DNA of 64,000 nt from Candidatus Dormiibacterota bacterium (GTDB lineage: Bacteria > Chloroflexota > Dormibacteria > Dormibacterales > Dormibacteraceae), in contig DATEGB010000006.1 in the NCBI GenBank assembly GCA_035280365.1, forward strand, positions 218 to 64,217, read 5' to 3'. This document shows positions 8,849 through 14,819 of the stretch, one piece after another. The position numbers and the translations under genes are program-made. Position 1 is the first letter of the stretch. The number at the start of each line of letters is the position of its first letter. Below the pieces are notes generated by a model. That model had not been told where the DNA came from and ran no database searches. It was given only the letters and a program-made list of their open reading frames with translations.

Positions 8849-10369
8849 GTGCCCGGGGCGCTTACAAACTCTTCACAGCTGGCTAATGCCAGGGCCGGTC
8901 GCCAGGACTTCAATAAGGCCGTGAGCGTCGCACCCGCGAACGAGCCCCTCACCAACACCCGCGTCGCGACGCGAGGCATCACCCGACGGCAAGCACTTGC
9001 TGCCGCGGTCGTGACCGGCCTCGGCGTCGGCGCGATCCGACTGCTCGGCGGCTCGATGCAGCAGATCGCGGGGCCGCGAGCCGCCGGCACCAGCGGCTGG
9101 GTCTCGCCTCTCGCGTCCGAGTCAGCCCGCGTGATGCAGCTACTTCGCCGGACATCGCTCGGCTACACGCCGACCCAGCTCGAGACCGCGCTCTCGGACG
9201 GCTACAACCGAACGGTCGACCGGCTTGTCGAGACGAAGCCTGCAGAGCCGCCCGCCTTCGCCGCCGCAGACACCGGAGGCGGCCGGTTCCCGATCGCGCA
9301 ACTCCAGCAGTGGTGGGTTGACCACATGCTGACCACGCCCACGCCTTTTGCCGAGCGCATGACGCTGTTCTTGCACGGCCACTTTACGACCGACTATCGC
9401 AAGGCCGCGGACAACACGTTTGTCTACTGGCAGAACCTGACCTGGCGTCGCATGGCCATGACCGACCTGCGCGCGATGCTGATGCAGGTCACGGTCGACC
9501 CGGCGATGCTCCGCTATCTCGACCTGGCCACCTCGACCGGGCAGAATCCGAACGAGAACTACTCGCGCGAGCTCATGGAGCTGTTCACGATGGGCGCCGG
9601 CAACTACACCGAGGCCGACGTCCGCGAGAGCGCCAAAGCGCTCGCCGGCTGGCAGCTGCCCCAGCCAGACTCGTTCGTGACCAACGGCAACCGGCGCCTG
9701 CCGGTTTACACGGCACAGAAGTCCGGAGTCTTCAACCCGCGCCGCGCCTACCGGGGCAGCGTCACGTACCTCGGCAAGTCGGGGCCGCTCGACACGCAGG
9801 GCGTGATCGATCGCATCCTCGCCCAACCGGCGACGGCGACGCACATTGCGGACAAGGTCGCGCAGCATTTCATCAGCGCGCGGCCCGCGGCGGACCTGGT
9901 CAATCGCCTGGCCGACACCTTCCGGCGAAGCAAGTACGACATAAAGACGTTGATGCACGCGGTGCTGACCAGCCCCGAGTTCACCTCCGACGGCGGCTAC
10001 CGCGGACTCGTCAAATCACCGACCGAGTTCATGATCGGCGTGGCGCGCGCCGTCGGCTCGACGTCGCCCTCGAAGTTGATCGCTTCGTCCGGCAGCGGAA
10101 TGGGGCAGACCCTGTTCGACCCGCCCGATGTCAACGGCTGGCCGAACAACGAGTCGTGGATCTCTTCCAACACCGTCGTCGAGCGTGTGAACTTCGTCAC
10201 CGCGGCGATTGCCCAGCACCAGGACGGCCTGCGGCCTGCCGCCGGCGCGCTGCACACGCACCTCGACGGCGTGCTGAGCGCTCAGACCAAGTCGCTCCTG
10301 GACCAGGCGGCGGACGACCGCGCACGCTGGTTCGTCACGCTCGCCTCGCCGGAATTCCAGCTCAAGTAG
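8849..10369 (+). CDS. DUF1800 family protein with Tat-type signal
   Basis: Contains the twin-arginine motif TRRQALAAA and DUF1800-like blocks (FLHGHFTT, NENYSRELMELFTMG, EADVRESAKALAGW). The start is uncertain; GTG 8921 is an alternative. Confidence 0.8.
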   Translation: MPGALTNSSQLANARAGRQDFNKAVSVAPANEPLTNTRVATRGITRRQALAAAVVTGLGVGAIRLLGGSMQQIAGPRAAGTSGWVSPLASESARVMQLLRRTSLGYTPTQLETALSDGYNRTVDRLVETKPAEPPAFAAADTGGGRFPIAQLQQWWVDHMLTTPTPFAERMTLFLHGHFTTDYRKAADNTFVYWQNLTWRRMAMTDLRAMLMQVTVDPAMLRYLDLATSTGQNPNENYSRELMELFTMGAGNYTEADVRESAKALAGWQLPQPDSFVTNGNRRLPVYTAQKSGVFNPRRAYRGSVTYLGKSGPLDTQGVIDRILAQPATATHIADKVAQHFISARPAADLVNRLADTFRRSKYDIKTLMHAVLTSPEFTSDGGYRGLVKSPTEFMIGVARAVGSTSPSKLIASSGSGMGQTLFDPPDVNGWPNNESWISSNTVVERVNFVTAAIAQHQDGLRPAAGALHTHLDGVLSAQTKSLLDQAADDRARWFVTLASPEFQLK

Positions 10370-10375
10370 GTGCAC

Positions 10376-11671
10376 ATGAAGAAAGAAGTTGGCATCAACC
10401 AGCTCAAGCGACGCGACTTCCTGAAGGCCGGACTGGTTTTCGGCGCCGGTGCGTCCGGCCTGGCCGCCGGCTACGCCGCGGTTCCCGACGCGTTCGCTCG
10501 CGCGGTCTACGCGGCGAAGCGAGAAGGTGTGAGCAACGACAACATCCTGGTCATGATCCAGCTCGCTGGCGGCAACGACGGGCTCCGGACGCTGGTCCCA
10601 CTCGCCGACCCCGCCCTGCACGACCTGCGGCCCAGGCTGGCGGGGCCGATGGTCTCGCAGGCGCTGCCGCTGAACTCGCAGTTCGGTCTCAACCACAACC
10701 TCGCCGGCATCAAGAGCCTGTGGGACAAAGGCAAGGTCGCGATCGTCCAGGGCGTCGGCTATCCCGACCCGACGTTTTCGCACTTCGAGTCGATCCGGAT
10801 CTGGGAGACCGGCGATCCGACCCGGCGCCAGGTCGACGGCTGGCTCGGCCGGACGCTGGCGACGAGCTACGACTCCAACGGCCACCCATTGACGGGTTGC
10901 GCGTGCGGCGCGACCGGCGCCCCGGGCGCCCTGCGCGACCTTCAGGCGACCTTGACCGTGATCCAGAACCAGAAGACCTTCGGTTTCACCGGCGGAAGCG
11001 AGGTCGAGGCGGCGGTCGGGGCGCTGTACAAGGGCACGCCCGGGATCTACGGTGCGCTGTTCGACACGTCGATCGCGACCGCGACCGAGACGATGGCGAC
11101 GTTGCGCACGTCGGCGTCGACCTACCAGCCGATGGCGGACTACTCGGACAACGTCAAGCTCGTCTATTCGTCGAAGAATCAGCTCGCGGCGGCCTTGCAG
11201 CTGGCGGCCGAGCTGATCGTCACCGGAACTGGCGTCAAGCTCCTGCACGTCACGCTCGGCGGATTCGACACCCACTACACCGAGCTGAGCCGGCACGACG
11301 ACCTGATGGGTTACTTGGACTCGGCCGTCTCCGCCTTCTACAAGGACCTCGCCGCGCACGGAATGACCGACAAGGTCCTGATCGCGACGTGGTCGGAGTT
11401 CGGCCGCCGGCCGAAGGAGAACGCGAGCGGCGGCACCGACCACGGCGCCGCGGCGCCGCTGCTGCTGATTGGCGATCCGGTCCGCAGCGGCCTCTACGGC
11501 GCCGAGCCGAGTCTTACCCAGCTGGACGGAACCGGCAACCTCAAGTACGCCGTCGACTTTCGCTCGGTGTACCAGGAGATCCTCAGCGGCCATCTCGGCG
11601 CAGACGCGGGCAGCATCCTCGGCGCGAGCTTCGACCGCGTACCCTTCCTCAGGGCGCCGGTCGCGGTCTGA
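10376..11671 (+). CDS. DUF1501 family protein (sulfatase/phosphatase-like fold) with Tat-type signal
   Basis: Contains the KRRDFLKAG Tat motif and the blocks QLAGGNDGL, GVGYPDPTFSHFES and SEFGRRPKENASGGTDHG. ATG 10376 is preceded by AGGTG. GTG 10370 is an alternative start. Confidence 0.85.
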   Translation: MKKEVGINQLKRRDFLKAGLVFGAGASGLAAGYAAVPDAFARAVYAAKREGVSNDNILVMIQLAGGNDGLRTLVPLADPALHDLRPRLAGPMVSQALPLNSQFGLNHNLAGIKSLWDKGKVAIVQGVGYPDPTFSHFESIRIWETGDPTRRQVDGWLGRTLATSYDSNGHPLTGCACGATGAPGALRDLQATLTVIQNQKTFGFTGGSEVEAAVGALYKGTPGIYGALFDTSIATATETMATLRTSASTYQPMADYSDNVKLVYSSKNQLAAALQLAAELIVTGTGVKLLHVTLGGFDTHYTELSRHDDLMGYLDSAVSAFYKDLAAHGMTDKVLIATWSEFGRRPKENASGGTDHGAAAPLLLIGDPVRSGLYGAEPSLTQLDGTGNLKYAVDFRSVYQEILSGHLGADAGSILGASFDRVPFLRAPVAV

Positions 11672-11675
11672 AGTC

Positions 11676-11891
11676 GTGCGACCGCTGGTGCTCAAGGCCG
11701 CGACGACCGCGCTGACTTTGGGCGCGACGCTCGCGTCCGCGCTGTTCGTCACGTCGCACATCAAGAACGCGACGGCGCCATTGCAGCCGCCGGTGATGGC
11801 GAGCTCGAGCGGTGTCGGCAGCGTGGTCGTCGTCGGCCCGGCGGTGCAGCCGACGACGGCGCCGCCCATCACCTCGACTTACGCATCGTGA
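11676..11891 (+). CDS. Small hypothetical protein with N-terminal hydrophobic segment
   Basis: A 71-codon ORF starts 5 nt after the DUF1501 stop, and its stop overlaps the next start (GTGA). It has a signal-like N-terminus and a Pro/Ser/Thr-rich tail. I recognise no family. Confidence 0.4.
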   Translation: MRPLVLKAATTALTLGATLASALFVTSHIKNATAPLQPPVMASSSGVGSVVVVGPAVQPTTAPPITSTYAS

Positions 11892-12424
11892 CCGCCGACC
11901 AGTTCTTCTGGGTGCTGGCTCGCGTCTCCGGCCTGAGCGCCTACGCGGCACTGGCGATCGCCCTGCTCACGGGCGTGGCGCTGCGAAGTGCGGTGCTCGA
12001 CTGGCTGGGCAACAACCGATTGGTCCGCTCGTTGCACGAGTTCACGACCGTGCTATGGATCCCGCTGGCGGCGCTCCATGTGCTGTCTCTGCTCTTCGAC
12101 GCCACCGCCCGCATCGCACTCGTCGACGTCCTTGTTCCGTTTCACGCGACGTACGGCACGCTGGCCATCGGGCTGGGGTCGCTGTCGATCGACCTCCTCC
12201 TTGCGGTCACCGTCGCGGCCTACCTCAAGCGCCGCATGCGCAAGGACGTTTGGTTGTGGGTGCACCGCCTGACCTACGCCGCGTTCGCGCTGATCTTTCT
12301 CCACGCGGTGCTCAGCGGGACGGACTTCAGCGACCCGGCGGTGTCGGCGATCACGTGGGGGACGGCGGCCGCGCTGCTGACGCTGACGCTGGCCAGGGTG
12401 CTGGGCGGCCGCTTGCCGGCCTGA
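11888..12424 (+). CDS. Ferric-reductase-like (MsrQ/YedZ-type) di-heme transmembrane protein
   Basis: About six TM helices with two His pairs in TM helices (H50/H64 and H126/H139), which fits bis-heme ligation in the ferric reductase transmembrane family. Confidence 0.75.
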   Translation: MTADQFFWVLARVSGLSAYAALAIALLTGVALRSAVLDWLGNNRLVRSLHEFTTVLWIPLAALHVLSLLFDATARIALVDVLVPFHATYGTLAIGLGSLSIDLLLAVTVAAYLKRRMRKDVWLWVHRLTYAAFALIFLHAVLSGTDFSDPAVSAITWGTAAALLTLTLARVLGGRLPA

Positions 12425-12532
12425 AATTTTCCCGGTTCCGCGGGCCCACCCTCCTCCCGTCGGTGCCCACCCCCAACCGACGCGCCTGAGGGCTACTGAA
12501 GCAGAAAGAATTCCGCCTGGGAACCCTGCCTG

Positions 12533-13915
12533 TTAACGCGATGTGACCCAGTGCCTGAGCTGGATCACGTGCGACCGCAGCCGTTGTTCCGCCTCGAGCG
12601 GCGTGTCGATCTCCTTCCGCTCCCGGTGCCAGCGCTCCATCGCCAGGTCGAGCTGGGCGGTCTGCAGACGCGACACCTTCAGGTACCCCCGGAACCCGAC
12701 GCGGTTCAGCGCCTGCATGCGCTGCCGCAGCCGGCGCCACGGGCTCGCGAGAACCGGGATCTCCTCGGGCAGGATCGCGCCCTGCCCCGTCGCCGCCTCC
12801 TTGCGCATCTGGTCGACCAGGTTCTGCCCCTCGTACCGAATGCCGAAGAGCAACAGGGCGAGTAGCCCGGCCGTGAACGGCCCGGTCATGATCAGCGTGC
12901 GCAGGTGGATGGCGACGATTGCGAACAGCGTGTTCGGGATCGGGAAGACGTTGACCCACGCGTCCCACAAGAAATGCGCGGATATGGCGACGATGAAGCC
13001 GGCGAGAATCGCCATCACCTTCTGTCGCAGGGTGGGCAGCTGGCGCGCGATGCCTACGCCGGCGCCGATGTACGCCGTGTACGTCGCATGGCCGAAGAAC
13101 AGGCCCAGCACCTGCCGCGCATACCACTGGATGCCGGCCGCGATCCCACCCTGGCCCTCGGGGGAGAAGATGGAGTAGAGGTTGGTCATGTAGCTGATCG
13201 ACTCCATGAAGTTGAACCCAAGGCCCACCGCGGCGCCGTAGACGATGCCGTCGACGACGTCATCGAACTCATTGCGCATGACGAGGAACAGGAGGACGAC
13301 GGCGAGTCCCTTGGCCAGCTCCTCGAGGATGCCTGCCATGAACGCAAGCGATGTGTCGAGGCCCGGACCGGGCACCAGAGCGTGCTGGGCCGTGACCTCC
13401 CACACCGTCTCGCCCCACACGACCAGGCTCGTGGCGACGATGGCGCCCCAGGCCGCGGCCACCAGGACCAGGCGCCACGGCTCCTTGTGGTTGCGGTCCA
13501 TCCGCCGGACGACGAAGAGGCCGAACGCGGTCGTGGGCAGGCACGCGAGGGCGCAGACCGCGGCCACCCCGGGGCCGGCGGACTGCGTGTAGAGGAAGAC
13601 GTCGATGACAAGCAGCCACAGGAGCACGCCGAGGCCGATCAACAGACCGGCCCGAATCAGCTGGTTGCGCCGCGCCGCCCGGTCGCGGTTGAAGGCACGC
13701 ACCAGGACATACGTGCCGAGGGTGATGAACGCGACCGCGAGCAGGCCGTAGAGCGACGTCCGGCCCGGGATGGTGTCGAGGAAGACGTAGTTGAGGATGG
13801 AGCTGGCGACCAGGGCCAGGACGACGCCGGCCGCGATCGCGAACGCGATCCCGTAGCGCCGTGGTCGGAGCTTCGATTCCGGGTCGGCGGCAGGCGGGTT
13901 CGTCGCCGAGATCAT
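12533..13915 (-). CDS. PrsW-family intramembrane metalloprotease with long cytoplasmic C-terminal extension
   Basis: Contains the multi-TM core and the PrsW signature blocks GILEELAKG and HFLWDA. Its start overlaps the upstream stop (ATGA). Confidence 0.85.
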   Translation of the reverse strand: MISATNPPAADPESKLRPRRYGIAFAIAAGVVLALVASSILNYVFLDTIPGRTSLYGLLAVAFITLGTYVLVRAFNRDRAARRNQLIRAGLLIGLGVLLWLLVIDVFLYTQSAGPGVAAVCALACLPTTAFGLFVVRRMDRNHKEPWRLVLVAAAWGAIVATSLVVWGETVWEVTAQHALVPGPGLDTSLAFMAGILEELAKGLAVVLLFLVMRNEFDDVVDGIVYGAAVGLGFNFMESISYMTNLYSIFSPEGQGGIAAGIQWYARQVLGLFFGHATYTAYIGAGVGIARQLPTLRQKVMAILAGFIVAISAHFLWDAWVNVFPIPNTLFAIVAIHLRTLIMTGPFTAGLLALLLFGIRYEGQNLVDQMRKEAATGQGAILPEEIPVLASPWRRLRQRMQALNRVGFRGYLKVSRLQTAQLDLAMERWHRERKEIDTPLEAEQRLRSHVIQLRHWVTSR

Positions 13916-14406
13916 GTGCGGTCAACCACGACGAAGCGCCGCGCCAGCACCTCCACAGGCACGCCGTCGGCATCGATCCGCTCGACCACGAACGTGTACC
14001 GGCCCGGAAGCACGAAGTGGAGGTCGGGCGGGACCTCGACCGGGATCGTGCTCTCCGACGCAAGGTCGGCCGGGTGCCCCGGGCCGGCGCCGCCGCGCAT
14101 GGAGCCGAAGGTGTCGTACCAGCGCGCGTCGACGACGAGGCCTGCCGGCACAGACGACCAGTCGACCACCGCCGCGAAGTCGTCGGCGCGAGCGAACTCG
14201 GAACGGTCGGGGCCGAAGGTCTTCTTGGTGGTGGCGTCGTACGCGAACACGCCGGCGATGCGGGCTTTGACGCCCGTGCCCTCTCCCGGTCGCTCGAAGT
14301 AGACGAACTGGACTAGACCGATGCACAGGATGACCACCCCGACCGTCGCGAAGACGAGAAGGGTGCGGTACAGGACTCTCAGCTGGTCGTAGCCCACGGC
14401 GCTCAA
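13912..14406 (-). CDS. Hypothetical membrane-anchored protein
   Basis: A single N-terminal TM helix followed by an extracytoplasmic domain. It is translationally coupled to PrsW. The TTG start is uncertain; GTG 14397 is an alternative. Confidence 0.6.
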   Translation of the reverse strand: MSAVGYDQLRVLYRTLLVFATVGVVILCIGLVQFVYFERPGEGTGVKARIAGVFAYDATTKKTFGPDRSEFARADDFAAVVDWSSVPAGLVVDARWYDTFGSMRGGAGPGHPADLASESTIPVEVPPDLHFVLPGRYTFVVERIDADGVPVEVLARRFVVVDRT

Positions 14407-14610
14407 GCTCGCTCAGTCGAATGGATTTGGCGGCGCGTTGTCAAGGCAGAAACCAGGGAGGTGGGTGCGCATGCCACAGCGCGGTGGAGCAACAAGCGGG
14501 AAAGACGTACGAGCAGATCAAAGAAGGGTTGCTGGAAACGGGGCGCCGGCGAGGACAAGGCCGAGGAGATCGCCGCCCGCACCGTGGCGCGACCGCTGCG
14601 CCGGTCAGAG

Positions 14611-14696
14611 TGGTGCGGCGGAGAGGAGTTGAACCTCCACGACCTTGCGGTCACTAGCTCCTGAAACTAGCGCGTCTGCCATTCCGCCACCGCCGC
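14611..14696 (-). tRNA. tRNA-Leu (anticodon CAG)
   Basis: The reverse complement folds as a class II tRNA: acceptor GCGGCGG/CCGCCGC, anticodon loop TTCAGGA, long variable arm, T-loop GGTTCAACTCC, and encoded CCA. Confidence 0.93.
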
Positions 14697-14713
14697 TCGC
14701 GAGGCGAAAAGTG

Positions 14714-14742
14714 AGTATACCCACGCCTGTACGACCACCCAA
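14714..14742 (-). promoter_or_regulatory. Candidate promoter of tRNA-Leu(CAG): TTGGGT-17-TATACT
   Basis: On the minus strand, TATACT (within GGGTATACT) lies 17 nt upstream of the tRNA 5' end, and TTGGGT lies 17 nt further upstream. Confidence 0.4.
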
Positions 14743-14819
14743 CCGGACCGTTTGCGCAAAAGGGACGTGTCTGCTGGGGCGAACTGAGCCGTTCGCGCGC
14801 AAACGCCCCGATCGGTGAG

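Noticed and set aside
14611-14696. Whether either long-variable-arm tRNA (14611..14696 or 22650..22734) is the selC tRNA-Sec expected near selA/selB.
   Set aside because: The anticodon loops read CAG and GAG, not UCA. The acceptor stems are 7 bp and the sequences closely resemble tRNA-Leu. No other tRNA-like region with a TTCAAA anticodon loop was found by eye.
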